In this document: piece by piece, positions 36,245 through 49,479 of the stretch
How positions within the stretch are numbered: position 1 is the first letter of the stretch
How the letters are laid out: every line of letters starts with the position of its first letter
Source: Macrostomum hystrix
Taxonomy: Eukaryota > Animalia > Platyhelminthes
Length of the DNA: 64,000 bases
Assembly: GCA_950097015.1 (NCBI GenBank)
Contig: CATNEN010000003.1
Span: 7,254,001 to 7,318,000, forward strand
Direction: 5' to 3'
The notes under the pieces: model-generated
Database searches by the model: none
What the model was told of the DNA's origin: nothing
Seen by the model: only the letters and a program-made list of their open reading frames with translations
Position numbers and translations under genes: made by a program

Positions 36245-37299
36245 CGGACTAAGGTGTTGTGACTGGGGTTTTGGGACGGATGTGTTGGAACTGAGGTGTT
36301 GGAACTGAGGTGTTGGGACTGAGGTGTTGGGACTGAGGTGTTGAGACTGAGGTGTTGGGACTGAGGTGTTGAACTGAGGTGTTGGAACTGAGGTGTTGGA
36401 ACTGAGGTGTTGGGACTGAGGTGTTGGAACTGAGGTGTTGGAACTGAGGTGTTGGGACTGAGGTGTTGAGACTGAGGTGTTGGGACTGAGGTGTTGGAAC
36501 TGAGGTGTTGTAACTGAGGTGTTGGGACTGAGGTGTTGGGACTGAGGTGTTGGGACTGAGGTGTTGGGACTGAGGTGTTGGGACTGAGGTGTTGGGACTG
36601 AGGTGTTGGGACTGAGGTGTTGGAACTGAGGTGTTGGAACTGAGGTGTTGGGACTGAGGTGTTGGGACTGAGGTGTTGGGACTGAGTTGTTGGGACTGAT
36701 GTGTTGGAACTGAGGTGTTGGGACTGAGTTGTTGGAACTGAGGTGTTGGGACTGTGGTGTTGGGACTGAGGTGTTGGGACTGAGTTGTTGGAACTGAGGT
36801 GTTGGGACTGAGGTGTTGGGACTAAGGTGTTGGGACTGAGGTGTTGGGACTGAGGTGTTGGAACTGAGGTGTTGGAACTGAGGTGTTGGAACTGAGGTGT
36901 TGGAACTGAGGTGTTGGAACTGAGGTGTTGGAACTGAGGTGTTGGGACTGAGTTGTTGGAACTGAGGTGTTGGGACTAAGGTGTTGGGACTGAGGTGTTG
37001 GAACTGAGGTGTTGGAACTGAGGTGTTGGGACTGAGGTGTTGGGACTGAGGTGTTGGGACTGAGGTGTTGGGACTGAGGTGTTGGGACTGAGGTGTTGGG
37101 ACTGAGGTGTTGGGACTGAGGTGTTGGGACTGAGGTGTTGGGACTGAGGTGTTGGGACTGAGGTGTTGGGACTGAGGTGTTGGAACTGAGGTGTTGGAAC
37201 TGAGGTGTTGGAACTGAGGTGTTGGGACTGAGGTGTTGGGACTGAGGTGTTGGGACTGAGGTGTTGGGACTGAGGTGTTGGGACTGAGGTGTTGGGACT
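36245..37299. repeat. 14-bp minisatellite GG(G/A)ACTGAGGTGTT
   Basis: ~73 units. Confidence 0.96.
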
Positions 37300-37834
37300 G
37301 CGCCACAATAATATTCTATTTGATTCGCAATGTTTACAGGCTTTACCTATAAGCTTTTTATATAGGATTAAATAGAAATCATGTATTTACTATTGTTTAA
37401 AATCAGCACTGCGAAAAATAAAAAAAAGTATGAGCTAGCCCAAGTATTATTATATTCGCCAGACATCAAAGTAAGCTATTATTTTTTTTAATATTTAAGC
37501 GTCCAATAAACGTTGTATATAATCTGGTACCATTGGTATAGGATGGACGGTTAAATTATGAGCTGGGCAGAAAAATGGTGACACACGAGAAGCTTACAAA
37601 TTGCACAGCTGTTAAGCATGTTACTTGAGTACTCTCTAAAAGGCTGGGATTTAGAAGTGTGCTCACGAAGCCATTATGGTCTCAATTTCATGCTTTCAGC
37701 AGCCTACTATAGCGAAGGACATCTCATTTGCTTCCTGCAATGTCGTGTCTCATTTTTAGCGATCAAGTCACGGTGCGGACTGCAAAAATCAACTGGACTT
37801 TTGTGAGACTTGCACTTGCATCTTTGATTCTGGT

Positions 37835-38842
37835 TTTCAGTTCCTGATTCAGACACTCCCTCAGTTCCTGATTCAGTCACTCCCTCAGTTCCTGATTCAG
37901 TCACTCAGTTCCTGATTCAGTCACTCCCTCAGTTCCTGATTCAGTCACTCCCTCAGTTCCTGATTCAGTCACTCCCTCAGTTCCTGATTCAGTCACTCAG
38001 TTCCTGATTCAGTCACTGCCTCAGTTCCTGATTCAGTCACTCCCTCAGTTCCTGATTCAGTCACTCCCTCAGTTCCTGATTCAGTCACTCCCTCAGTTCC
38101 TGATTCAGTCACTCCCTCAGTTCCTGATTCAGTCACTCCCTCAGTTCCTGATTCAGTCACTACCTCAGTTCCGGATTCAGTCACTTCCTCAGTTCCTGAT
38201 TCACTCACTCCCTCAGTTCCTGATTCAGTCACTCCCTCAGTTCCTGATTCACTCCCTCAGTTCCTGATTCAGTCACTCCCTAAGTTCCTGATTCAGTCAC
38301 TCCCTCAGTTCCTGATTCAGTCACTACCTCAGTTCCGGATTCAGTCACTTCCTCAGTTCCTGATTCACTCCCTCAGTTCCTGATTCAGTCACTCCCTCAG
38401 TCCCTGATTCAGTCACTCCCTCAGTTCCTGATTCAGTCACTCCCTCAGTTCCTGATTCACTCCCTCAGTTCCTGATTCAGTCACTCCCTCAGTTCCTGAT
38501 TCAGTCACTCCCTCAGTTCCTGATTCAGTCACTCCCTCAGTTCCTGATTCAGTCACTCCCTCAGTTCCTGATTCAGTCCCTCAGTTCCTGATTCACTCCC
38601 TCAGATTCTGATTCAGTCACTCCCTCAGTTCCTGATTCAGTCACTCCCTCAGTTCCTGATTCAGTCACTCCCTCAGTTCCTGATTCAGTCACTCCCTCAG
38701 TTCCTGATTCAGTCACTCCCTCAGTTCCTGATTCAGTCACTCCCTCAGTTCCTGATTCACTCCCTCAGATTCTGATTCAGTCACTCCCTCAGTTCCTGAT
38801 TCAGTCACTCCCTCAGTTCCTGATTCAGTCACTCCCTCAGTT
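37835..38842. repeat. 24-bp minisatellite CAGTTCCTGATTCAGTCACTCCCT with 20-bp deletion variants
   Basis: ~43 units. Confidence 0.95.
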
Positions 38843-39470
38843 TACAACATCCAACTGACCCAAAGGGTGTTTTTCCAGCTATGCTTCCGTATCTGTATAG
38901 CTGTACCAAGTGTTGCTTATTATATAGCTTACTGGATCTTTGGGTATTCATCCACAACGGTAAGTCCTGACTGGCAAAATGACAGTTTACAACTTATAGC
39001 AATGTTTATCGCCATAAACAGACGTGGGTGGATTCGATTCGTTCGACTACGCAGGTAAATGTAATTCTGTGGCGAGGTGGGCCACCGCTGTAGTGTTCCC
39101 ACCAAGGATTTAAGAGTGGTTAAGAGAGGGAAATAGCATGGACATTCAAACAAGTGCAGCTAATATCTATGCAGGAATAGATTGGTATGCTAGAGAATTC
39201 TCGCATTATTACGAGTATAAGTTCACGGGAGAATTTTACCTTAAATGGCCCGGCTTTCAAAGACTGGCTCCATTCGACTATATCGACTGCGTCTTTTTAT
39301 TACCTTTTCGGATAACGAAATGCCACAAAATAGACGAAAAACGTTTTAGTAATAAAGACTGCATAGTTTTTATGGATACTAGGGGTGCAACACCGAAGCA
39401 AAGAATGATACTTAAGATTAATAATGCTTAAAAACTCGACCAAGATGACACAGTTGTTCAGGTGCCACCT

Positions 39471-39673
39471 ATTTGTGTCCTTTAGCGAGACACTTAGCTC
39501 TGCATTGCTTCATTTCACCCGACTGTTAAATGGGTACAAGCATCAGCTGGGGTCATTGAGGGTGGGTGTGGCGTCCCCCCAGTCCATGGACTGAACAGCC
39601 GTACGCAGCCTTCAGATGCGCCGCGCAATAGCTGCGGCTGTGCTGTCGGCTGCACATCTGGTCTATCAGGCAG
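39471..39673 (+). mobile_element. SINE family A copy, 5'-truncated
   Basis: CORE and 3' domain near-identical to 62846-63050. Confidence 0.85.
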
Positions 39674-40194
39674 CGAACACTCACCCTGTGCCTTGGGGGT
39701 TTGGTCCTTATGTGCGCAAATTTCACGATAAAACAATCAAGACAATGTCACTGATTCTGCGCCAAAAATTGAGTCCAGGAGCTTAAAAGTCCGACGTTTT
39801 AACGATCTCAAGAAGTACAAAACACAATTCAGTGTTCTAACTCGTAAACCGGATATGCAAATTATAACGTAGGCTTATATTAATAAATTGTATTCTACTG
39901 GTACTTGGCTCGTCAACTATTCTCGCACAAATGATCTTGAAAGACCCAAAGTACGCTCCTCTTCTAAAATTCTCACTGTCTCGCTCAATCTTTCTTAACG
40001 TTTTCTTTCACTCGGCATTTCGAGCGGAACGCTCCTTAGAGAGAAAAAAGGAAGAATTTCAAACGCGAAATTTCGTCTGAGATTTCGCTGCAACTCGCGT
40101 GCTCCCGGTCACCGAAGCCACTGCGTCATGTTTGGTCACGCGGAAACTTTCTGAGGTGCTTCCGTAATTAATTATAAAGCGAAGAAATTAGTTT

Positions 40195-40783
40195 AGTTCT
40201 GTCAACCGGTATTCTACTCTGCCAACAGGTATTCTACTCTGCCAACAGGTATTCTACTCTGCCAACAGGTATTCTACTCTGCCAACATGTATTCTACTCT
40301 GCCAACAGGTATTCTACTCTGCCAACAGGTATTCTACTCTGCCAACATGTATTCTACTCTGCCAACAGGTATTCTACTCTGTCAGCTCTTATTCTACTCT
40401 GTCAACAGGTATTCTACTCTGTCAGCTGTTATTCTACTCCGCCGAACAGGTATTCTACTCTGTCAACCGGTATTCTACTCTGTCAGCTGTTATTCTACTC
40501 TGTCAGCTGTTATTCTACTCTGTCAGCTGTTATTCTACTCTGTCAACAGGTATTCTACTCTGCCAACAGGTATTCTACTCTGTCAGCTGTTATTCTACTC
40601 TGTCAGCTGTTAGTCTACTCTGTCAGCTGTTATTCTACTCTGTCAGCTGTTATTCTACTCTGTCAGCTGTTATTCTACTCTGTCAGCCGTTATTCTACTC
40701 TGTCAGCTGTTATTCTACTCTGCCAACAGGTATTCTACTCTGCCAACAGGTATTCTACTCTGCCAACAGGTATTCTAATCTGT
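40195..40783. repeat. 20-bp minisatellite ATTCTACTCTGCCAACAGGT / ATTCTACTCTGTCAGCTGTT
   Basis: ~29 units in two variant blocks. Confidence 0.95.
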
Positions 40784-41484
40784 CTAGGAACAGTCCTAGG
40801 ATTACCCGAGTTCACTCACTAGACTATTATTGTGGTAGTTCTACTATTGCACCGTTTTTGTCAATTCTCTCCCAGCATAGAGATTATCTTTATCCATTTG
40901 TGACATTGGCCTCATATTTTCCTCCCATAGCTCAGTAGGCGCACTATTTTAGGCGCACAATTTCGCGGCTTTAATCGCCTATCGTCGTTGTGCATTAGTG
41001 AAATTGAATAGAGAAATTAAATGGTTGGTTTTTGAGCTACCAAAAGCCTCCAAGCCATTTCAATTTTCCCCGCAATGGGACAGAGAGGGGGTTGTTGGTT
41101 TTAGTACTTTAATATACTATCTCCGTTTACTGTCTCCGCCCATTTTCATTCCTGATCACTGGCTGAAATTGCCATTACATAGCAAAACCGAATATTTGAT
41201 TTGGTTCAGTCGCTGCATAATAAAGTGTATTTTGATGAAGAATAAAGGCGAAAAAAAAGGCTCTTCAGTTTTAAGTAGGCTCAAACTTTTATGTGGATTT
41301 ATTAATAATTCTAAGTTGAATTTTATTTATGATGAAAGTGGAACGCATCAAACACTGCGTCAAATTGCACGTGTGACCGCGGCTGCCCTATTCCATAGCC
41401 GAAGCGACTAGCAACTTAACATTGCTGTAAATGTAAACTCATAGCTCTCTTGTAAACGTAAACCCGGCCTCTTAAAATTCATTT

Positions 41485-43772
41485 TCTCCCATGTCTTACC
41501 CCTCCTCTGTCGCATCTCTTTGATGTCTTACCTCTCTGTTGTCTCTCATCTCTCTGATGTCTCATCTCTCTGGGGTCTCATCTCTCTGGTGTCTCATCTC
41601 TCTGGTGTCTCATATCTCTGGTGTCTCATCTCTCTGGTGTCTCATCTCTCTGGTGTCTCATCTCTTTGGTGTCTCATCTCTCCCGTGTCTCATCTCTCCC
41701 GTGTCTCATCTCTCTCGTGTCTCATCTCTCCCGTGTCTCATCTCTCCCGTGTCTCATCTCTCTCGTGTCTCATCTCTCTGGTGTCTCATCTCTCTGGTGT
41801 CTCATCTCTCTGGTGTCTTATCTCTCTGGTGTCTCATCTCTCTGGTGTCTCATCTCCCTGGTGTCTCAGCTCTCTGGTGTCTCATCTCTCTGGTGTCTCA
41901 TCTCTCTGGTGTCTCATCTCTCTGGTGTCTCATCTCTCTGGTGTCTCTCATCTCTCTGGTGTCTCATCTCTCTGGTGTCTCATCTCTCTGGTGTCTCATC
42001 TCTCTGGTGTCTCATCTCTCTGGTGTCTCATCTCTCTGGTGTCTCATCTCTCTGGTGTCTCATCTCTCTGGTGTCTCATCTCTCTGGTGTCTCATCTCTC
42101 TGATGTCTCATCTCTCTGGTGTCTCATCTCTCTGGTGTCTCATCTCTCTGGTGTCTCATCTCTCTGGTGTCTCATCTCTCTGGTGTCTCATCTCTCTGGT
42201 GTCTCATCTCTCCGGTGTCTCATCTCTCTGGTGTCTCATCTCTCTGGTGTCTCATCTCTCTGGTGTCTCATCTCTCTGGTGTCTCATCTCTCTGATGTCT
42301 CATCTCTCTGGTGTCTCATCTCTCTGGTGTCTCATCTCTCTGGTGTCTCATCTCTCTGGTGTCTCATCTCTCTGGTGTCTCATCTCTCTGGTGTCTCTCA
42401 TCTCTCTGGTGTCTCATCTCTCTGGTGTCTCATCTCTCTGGTGTCTCATCTCTCCGGTGTCTCATCTCTCTGGTGTCTCATCTCTCTGGTGTCTCATCTC
42501 TCTGGTGTCTCATCTCTCTGGTGTCTCATCTCTCTGGTGTCTCATCTCTCTGGTGTCTCATCTCTCTGGTGTCTCATCTCTCTGATGTCTCATCTCTCTG
42601 GTGTCTCATCTCTTTGGTGTCTCATCTCTCCCGTGTCTCATCTCTCCCGTGTCTCATCTCTCTCGTGTCTCATCTCTCCCGTGTCTCATCTCTCCCGTGT
42701 CTCATCTCTCTCGTGTCTCATCTCTCTGGTGTCTCATCTCTCTGGTGTCTCATCTCTCTGGTGTCTCATCTCTCTGGTGTCTCATCTCTCTGGTGTCTCA
42801 TCTCTCTGGTGTCTCTCATCTCTCTGGTGTCTCATCTCTCTGGTGTCTCATCTCTCTGGTGTCTCATCTCTCCGGTGTCTCATCTCTCTGGTGTCTCATC
42901 TCTCTGGTGTCTCATCTCTCTGGTGTCTCATCTCTCTGGTGTCTCATCTCTCTGGTGTCTCATCTCTCTGGTGTCTCATCTCTCTGGTGTCTTATCTCTC
43001 TGGTGTCTCATCTCTCTGGTGTCTCATCTCCCTGGTGTCTCAGCTCTCTGGTGTCTCATCTCTCTGGTGTCTCATCTCTCTGGTGTCTCATCTCTCTGGT
43101 GTCTCATCTCTCTGGTGTCTCATCTCTCTGGTGTCTCATCTCTCTGGTGTCTCATCTCTCTGGTGTCTCATCTCTCTGGTGTCTCATCTCTCTGGTGTCT
43201 CATCTCTCTGGTGTCTCATCTCTCTGGTGTCTCATCTCTCTGATGTCTCATCTCTCTGGTGTCTCATCTCTCTGGTGTCTCATCTCTCTGGTGTCTCATC
43301 TCTCTGGTGTCTCATCTCTCTGGTGTCTCATCTCTCTGGTGTCTCATCTCTCCGGTGTCTCATCTCTCTGGTGTCTCATCTCTCTGGTGTCTCATCTCTC
43401 TGGTGTCTCATCTCTCTGGTGTCTCATCTCTCTGATGTCTCATCTCTCTGGTGTCTCATCTCTCTGGTGTCTCATCTCTCTGGTGTCTCATCTCTCTGGT
43501 GTCTCATCTCTCTGGTGTCTCATCTCTCTGGTGTCTCTCATCTCTCTGGTGTCTCATCTCTCTGGTGTCTCATCTCTCTGGTGTCTCATCTCTCCGGTGT
43601 CTCATCTCTCTGGTGTCTCATCTCTCTGGTGTCTCATCTCTCTGGTGTCTCATCTCTCTGGTGTCTCATCTCTCTGGTGTCTCATCTCTCTGGTGTCTCA
43701 TCTCTCTGGTGTCTCATCTCTCTGATGTCTCATCTCTCTGTGGTCTCATTTCACCCATGTCTCATCTGCCTC
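41485..43772. repeat. 16-bp TCTCATCTCTC-family minisatellite GTCTCATCTCTCTGGT
   Basis: ~140 units with a 1140-bp higher-order duplication. Confidence 0.96.
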
Positions 43773-44814
43773 CCTCGAGAAGTACAAACTAATGGATCGG
43801 ATCGCAGAAGATTAATTCTAGTGTGGTATTCTATCGATCACGTGTCGAATTCTCAATCAAAGTGATGCCAAGTCTCGAATACTGAGTCTCATTTGCTGGG
43901 CGATTTCGCCTTTGAAAAAAAAACGATGGGACGACACGAATGCTTTTACTTCAAGCCGTGGGCTAGTTCAGTGTCCCATTGTATATAGCTTTTTCTGTTC
44001 CTTTATTCTGCTGCTTCAAATCATTCATGACATTCTTGCTTAGAATTGTCAAGCAAAAGCAGGAAATAAAAGGCCATTCAAAATTGTAACTAGGTGCATT
44101 GAAATTTTGAATTCTGTCAACGCAGCATTTGTCTTTTAAACTGTCAGAACTGGCTAAAAGCCATGCCATGAACTGTCTGCCTGTTTGTCTGTCAAATTCG
44201 CGCCAATGTATAGTGTGGTTTAGTGTATCATTTTGGGCGCAGCAAATGAAATTACGGCAGCCAGTGCGAATTTGCCAGCGCGTTGGGAACATGCGGAAAC
44301 TGTAGCTTTTGCAACCAATATTGCAGAATTGAGAGCTGGTAAAGTAAAAACGGTTCCCATCGAGAGGGCCGGGGACAGGCAGCGTCCCATCTTGCTTCCC
44401 ACGTCGCGTCCCTCGAACCAGTCAGTCCGCCACTTATTGGCTCCCAGATCGGGCTTCCCTGTATTAAATTTCCACTGCGGGGGTCTCCATTTGCTCCGTG
44501 CTACGAATGGGAGAGGAATAGATTAGAGCGAGAGGAGAGCGAAGAAGAGGCCAAGCAAAAACTGAAGCACTGCCGATTCGTATTCAGCTTCAAGCCTCAG
44601 CGACCTTCTTTCAATTCAATTTCTGGTGAGAAAGAGAAAAAAGAGATTGAGACGCGTTCAGCTTCCAAATTAATATTATCTGTCCACAAAAACAGGCGCG
44701 CAGCTGTGACTTCTCAAACAATCAGAGACACAGACATCAGCTTCATCGCATATTCTACTAAAGTAGTTCTCATTTGGCCTAAGCAAAGTACTCGTACATT
44801 CCTAGCGAACAGCC

Positions 44815-45987
44815 ATGCTTTCGACCGCCGTCAAGCGCATGATTCTGCTATCCAACTCGTCGCACGAATGCGAGAATGCCACGAGGTCAAACACCTCTCA
44901 TCTAAACGATCTGTTCGGCTTGAAAGCCTACAAAGTGCTGATGATTTGCCTACCAATGATCAATTGCATGCTGAACAGTCTATGCTTTCAGGTGTTCCGA
45001 TGGATGAAGCCCAACAACCAGTTCAACCGCATCCTCATGTACCTGTCCGTGGCTGAGGTCCTGTTTCAGTTCATGTTCGCCTATCACCAACTGATTTTCC
45101 TACTGATGGAGACCAATCAGCTGGTGATGCGAACTTTGATCGAGGCTCAGATTGTAGCTGTCAGCATCGTGACATCAATCGTCCTACTCACAGCCTGCCA
45201 CCTCATCCGCAACTGGATGGTTGTACTGATCAGCTACTATCGCTACTGCTCCGCCTCAGTGCCCAGCTTGCGGTCATGCTTCTTCACAGGAAATTTGCGT
45301 CTAAAGAGCATCTGCTTGGTACTACTGTGCGTGCTGATAGCCCTGCCGCGCAGCCTCGAGTTCAGTATCGTCGTCTGCTCCTTCGCTCAACAGGTCACGC
45401 ACATAGACAGCAACCTTAGCGAGAAGCCGCTTTACAGAATGCTATACCTTGGCCTGATCCTGTTCCTGGCGCAGAACGTCGGACCTGTGATGCTGCTGCT
45501 GGTATTCAGTGTGTGCCTATGCCACATCCTGTATAGACAACGCCGGACTCGCATGACCATGCAGAGCAGCGACCGGAACTCAAGGAATCGCCGCAATGGC
45601 TCCGAGGCCAGTCGCCAGTCCGGCACCAGGCTGGTCATTGTCCTGTGCGCCGTGTTCCTGACCTGCGAGATACCGACTCTACTGAAGGTGATCGACCCAA
45701 TGCGGACGCGGCTGCACTTCCTGGGCTACACAACCAACTTGCTGACCTGCGTGGACTCTACCCTTAACATTATTGTTTATTATTTGAGCAATCGAGAATT
45801 CAAGCGTGTCATCAGACTCCGCCTGCCGTGTTGGCTCAATCGGAGACAAAGCGCCAACCAGCAGACTTCTCCGGCTCCAGTTGCTGCTGAAGCAGTACCG
45901 TTAATGCCTCTGGTATCACCTGAGGCTCATGAAGAGAACAAGCCGGCTAGTCAGGACAGCAAAGTTTCTGGACATACTGGGATGTGA
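44815..45987 (+). CDS. Single-exon class A (rhodopsin-like) orphan GPCR, invertebrate peptide-receptor-like (FMRFaR/Srw/PROF-like), 390 aa
   Basis: Seven hydrophobic segments; N-terminal N-glycosylation sequons (NSS, NAT, NTS); TM3 RNW...SYYRY, TM4 LPR, TM6 FLTCEIP, TM7 DSTLNIIVY, helix 8 NREFK; AATAAA at 46075. Confidence 0.9.
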   Translation: MLSTAVKRMILLSNSSHECENATRSNTSHLNDLFGLKAYKVLMICLPMINCMLNSLCFQVFRWMKPNNQFNRILMYLSVAEVLFQFMFAYHQLIFLLMETNQLVMRTLIEAQIVAVSIVTSIVLLTACHLIRNWMVVLISYYRYCSASVPSLRSCFFTGNLRLKSICLVLLCVLIALPRSLEFSIVVCSFAQQVTHIDSNLSEKPLYRMLYLGLILFLAQNVGPVMLLLVFSVCLCHILYRQRRTRMTMQSSDRNSRNRRNGSEASRQSGTRLVIVLCAVFLTCEIPTLLKVIDPMRTRLHFLGYTTNLLTCVDSTLNIIVYYLSNREFKRVIRLRLPCWLNRRQSANQQTSPAPVAAEAVPLMPLVSPEAHEENKPASQDSKVSGHTGM

Positions 45988-46074
45988 AGCTTCATCAAAT
46001 TGGTGTCGAACCGTGAGCACCTTTTGCAGCAGGATGACTAGCAGATACTTTATATTTTTAAGGGCTCTGCTTTG

Positions 46075-46080
46075 AATAAA
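46075..46080 (+). promoter_or_regulatory. Putative polyadenylation signal of GPCR 1
   Basis: AATAAA 88 nt after the stop codon. Confidence 0.5.
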
Positions 46081-46194
46081 CGTTCCTTCTGCTTTATATT
46101 ATAAAGACTACATTTTTGCATCACACTTGTGTTTTACCGATAACTCACCAACTGTAATTCCAAAACTATATATTTGATTATAATTGCGTTCACA

Positions 46195-46450
46195 GGGGGT
46201 CGGTGGCAGAGCGGTTATCGCGTTTGCCTCTCGCGATCCACGGTCCCTCAGTTCGATTCCACGGCGAGGCCACATTCATTTGGTGCGCAGCCGCGGAGAA
46301 AAGGCTTGGGGGCTTGTCGTCCAATTTACGCCCTCGAGGGCCAACCTCCAAGGCACAGTGAAATGTACACTGCCTGACGATGAGAAAGTCAGGGCCGATG
46401 TACACACCTGTGTGAGCGTATGCCTGCGTAGAGTATCTTGTGCGTGTGTG
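46195..46450 (+). mobile_element. tRNA-derived SINE family B
   Basis: A box TGGCAGAGCGG, B box AGTTCGATTCC, CTC in the anticodon-loop position; body aligns with the reverse complement of 52375-52605; 3' end uncertain. Confidence 0.8.
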
Positions 46451-47602
46451 CTCAGGAGTCAGCGAAATGGGCAGAATTGCCTCCTCGCTGGCTGCGGGTC
46501 TAGTGTCACTAAATGATGTTTTTATTTCCGGACAAGTAGTAATCCTAACCCCATGTGCGTCTTTCATTTGCTTTGATGTGGAGACTTGTAGAGCGCCTAT
46601 ATTCTCAGCGAAATTCTCAGACATCACTACCTCTATATTATTGTTCTAACTCGTTTTAGAAAGTTTCTAGAACGAGAAAAACAAGCGATTTCGCTATTCA
46701 AATCTGCTTTTGAAGCCTCGACTGTTTGCATCGATGGAGTGACTTTTTATTTGATTTCAAATCGACTCCATAACGCGAAATTAAATGAATAATTCTATGA
46801 GTTCCGTGCACTTTTCAGCATCTACGTAGAGGGCAAACAAGTGAAAGTTATAATCCGTATTTGTCTACGATACCTAGACAAACACGTTGTACTCATGCGA
46901 CAGACAATTTTGTCACTTCCTTTCCCTGCTTAGTGCGGTCTGTCACTTTAATGTGCACTTTAATATTTAACTAAAAATCGCCTAGACATTATTTTCGCAT
47001 ACAAATGACACGTGTTAGATTGCTTTTGAAATGGCTATACTTTTATTCTTACAACAGAGTAGTACCAAATATGAAAGGTTAAAATAATAGTTTTAATTAA
47101 ACGATTCGCATCCGTGGTCTAAGAATTACGTGTATCAGAGAACGTTCGTACTGATTTCATGGGAAATTTTGTCTTTTGTCTTTGATAGTCCGCTAATTTT
47201 GTTCTCTCGCTATCTTTCTCTCTCTTTCTTGTCCGTCAGTCAGAGCGCAGACCTATGATAGTGTGTCTTTGTATCTAAGGAAACAAAAAACGAAAACACA
47301 CGCATTGATCGACCATCGAATCAATCACGCCTTAGCGCAAAGATCTGCCATCATAGACACCCTAGAGCGTTAAGATCGGCCTACGTAGTTGGAGATTAGC
47401 AAGATTGAGACAAAGAAGATATCTCGTGATCAATTGATTGATTTTGTTCTCTAAAAATATTTTCCAAAGAGTATACTTATATAGTGGTGCAATTGTCGAT
47501 TTAATGCTTATCGATATTTTTTATCAGACTTCATGTGCGATAAGGTGCTGGCTAGTTAATTAACGGAGTTTTTTCTTGTGATATAGTGGGATTGATCGAT
47601 TC

Positions 47603-47860
47603 AATAATAATTAATAATTGATTCCACCTGCCCCGATAGGGCCAGATGTGCAGCCGACAGCACAGCCGCAGCTATTGCGCAGCGCATCTGAAGGCTGCGT
47701 ACGGCTGTTCAGTCCATGGACTGGGGGGACGCCACACCCACCCTCAAATAACCCAGCTGATGCTGGTACCCATTTAACAGCTGGGTGAACTGAAGCAATG
47801 TAAAGTTAAGTGTCTTGCAGAATCGAACCCCCGACCTTCAGAGATGCTCTAACCACCGCC
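47603..47860 (-). mobile_element. SINE family A copy, tRNA head partly deleted
   Basis: Reverse complement of the 62729 element, including tail, 3' domain, CORE and B box (aatcgaaccc). Confidence 0.85.
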
Positions 47861-48202
47861 TCTTCAATATTTAAGCAATATTGCATCAGAAATTAAGTGT
47901 CAGTATTCGGCTTGAATAGCTGGATGTGAAAGAAATTTGTAATACTAAGTTAAAATGTACTCTATGTTCGGTCATTTGGTTCGGGAGCTATCGTGAAGTA
48001 GGCAGTGGGTAATTGAAATATCCCCGTTGTCTTTCTATAGGGATAGCAATAGTGTGGTCCTTCTACTGTTAGAAAGCAAGTTTCTAAGGCATTCAAAGAA
48101 TTATACTCTTCGTCACTGAATCAGAACACTTTTAAAATTCCCGAGAGACTTAAAAAGCTGTTAGAAGCACACCCTGCTACAGCCTAGTTTATTATGTAAC
48201 CA

Positions 48203-49042
48203 GGGCCAATTTTATAAGGCCTTGATCATAGATAAAAATCTATGGAACCATTATTGATTTTATCATGTGCCACTTTTATAAATAAGTGATAGAAAATCCG
48301 TCCACTCCGGGCATCCTGCCATAGACATATTGCGCTGTTGCCGAGAAAAACTAGCGATAAAATCATACGATTTTCAATCCTGCTTGTGACTAGTATAAGC
48401 CTAACTCGACATCATCATGGATTTTATTCAACTTTGGGATGTTGAGGACGAGGTGCACAACCGGGCTCCTCGAGTGTTCATTCCCCGCGAATTTTTCGAC
48501 GGTGAGATCGACTTTGTCCAGCGCTTCCGCCTCAATCGTGCCACGTTCGAGGACCTAGAGCGCAGGATCGGTCTGGTCATGCTCCACCCCACTCGTCGAA
48601 ACGGGGCCCTCACGCCTACGCACCAAATTTTGACGGGCGTTGCGATTCTACGCGACCAATTCGTTTTATCACGTAGTCAGAGATGCTCATGGGCCATCCG
48701 AGGCCACCGTTTGCCAAGTCGTGAAGCGAGTCACCAACGCTATAAATGACATCCTTTTCGCTTATTATAGGCAAAGATTTAGAGTGAAAGAGCTGTATGC
48801 AGAGCGGCGCTGGTACCACTTGACGAAATTAGACTGACGAGACGTATATGGGAGAACTTCCAAATTTGGGACTAAATATAGTTCTTTCCATTCATACCCT
48901 TTTACGAACTGTTTGATTAATTACCAATTTCCATCATTTCCATCATGGCTTTATAAAATAGGATTTCAATAGATTGATAACTGGTGGGCCATCTGCGATT
49001 TTTAACCATAGGTTTTTTACCAAGGCGTTATAAAATTGGCCC
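48203..49042 (+). mobile_element. Internally deleted PIF/Harbinger DNA transposon
   Basis: TIRs GGGCCAATTTTATAAGGCCTTG / CAAGGCGTTATAAAATTGGCCC (21 of 22 match); CAG on both sides is consistent with a 3-bp CWG TSD, with 1-bp ambiguity at the ends; contains a Harbinger transposase N-terminus. Confidence 0.85.
48417..48760 (+). pseudogene. Frameshifted, truncated Harbinger (HARBI1-like) transposase N-terminal HTH region
   Basis: ORFs 48417..48749 and 48640..48837 join across a frameshift to give FVQRFRLNRATFEDL...HPTRRNGALTPTHQILTG/LRFYATNSFYHVVRDAHGPSEATVCQVVKRVTNAI; no DDE core. Confidence 0.85.
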
Positions 49043-49479
49043 CAGTAGTTCGATAGAAACTAATCTAAAAAAATAGACGGAAAGACCGCAAAACCAATAT
49101 TTGGGGAAAGAAATTACCTTCTATTTTTAAGTCTTACTACTATATAGTCTATATAAAGGTATGTCTAATATAACAAAAACGACGTTCCTTGCATCCAAAG
49201 TTTTGTTGCTTTATCTTGCCAGTTGAACTCAGGGCTTTCGTGATAAAGGAACACCATACAATGGTTTCAGCTCAATGGAATATTAATTACATTTTCAGAT
49301 CTGGTTTTATAGACACATGGAAACGTGACTTTCTTGACAAAATGAAATGATTACTAGCTAAGTGTAGTTAAACAACAAAAAGCACTCGTTAGGATAAAAA
49401 CATCCGGTAGACAAAATTTTTACCTGACTTTATGAATATAGGGCTATGAATATTTATGTCCCACTTCCTTGTTGTCGCA

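Noticed and set aside
41520-43865. 781-aa ORF and similar ORFs at 19249-20626, 36227-37308 and 49456-52216
   Set aside because: Stop-free translations of 14-17-bp minisatellites in several frames.
46370-46475. Hammerhead-like CTGACGA...GAAA in SINE B
   Set aside because: Stem II does not close correctly, no stem III/UH site was found, and CTGAC is instead paired in a simple hairpin with GTCAG.
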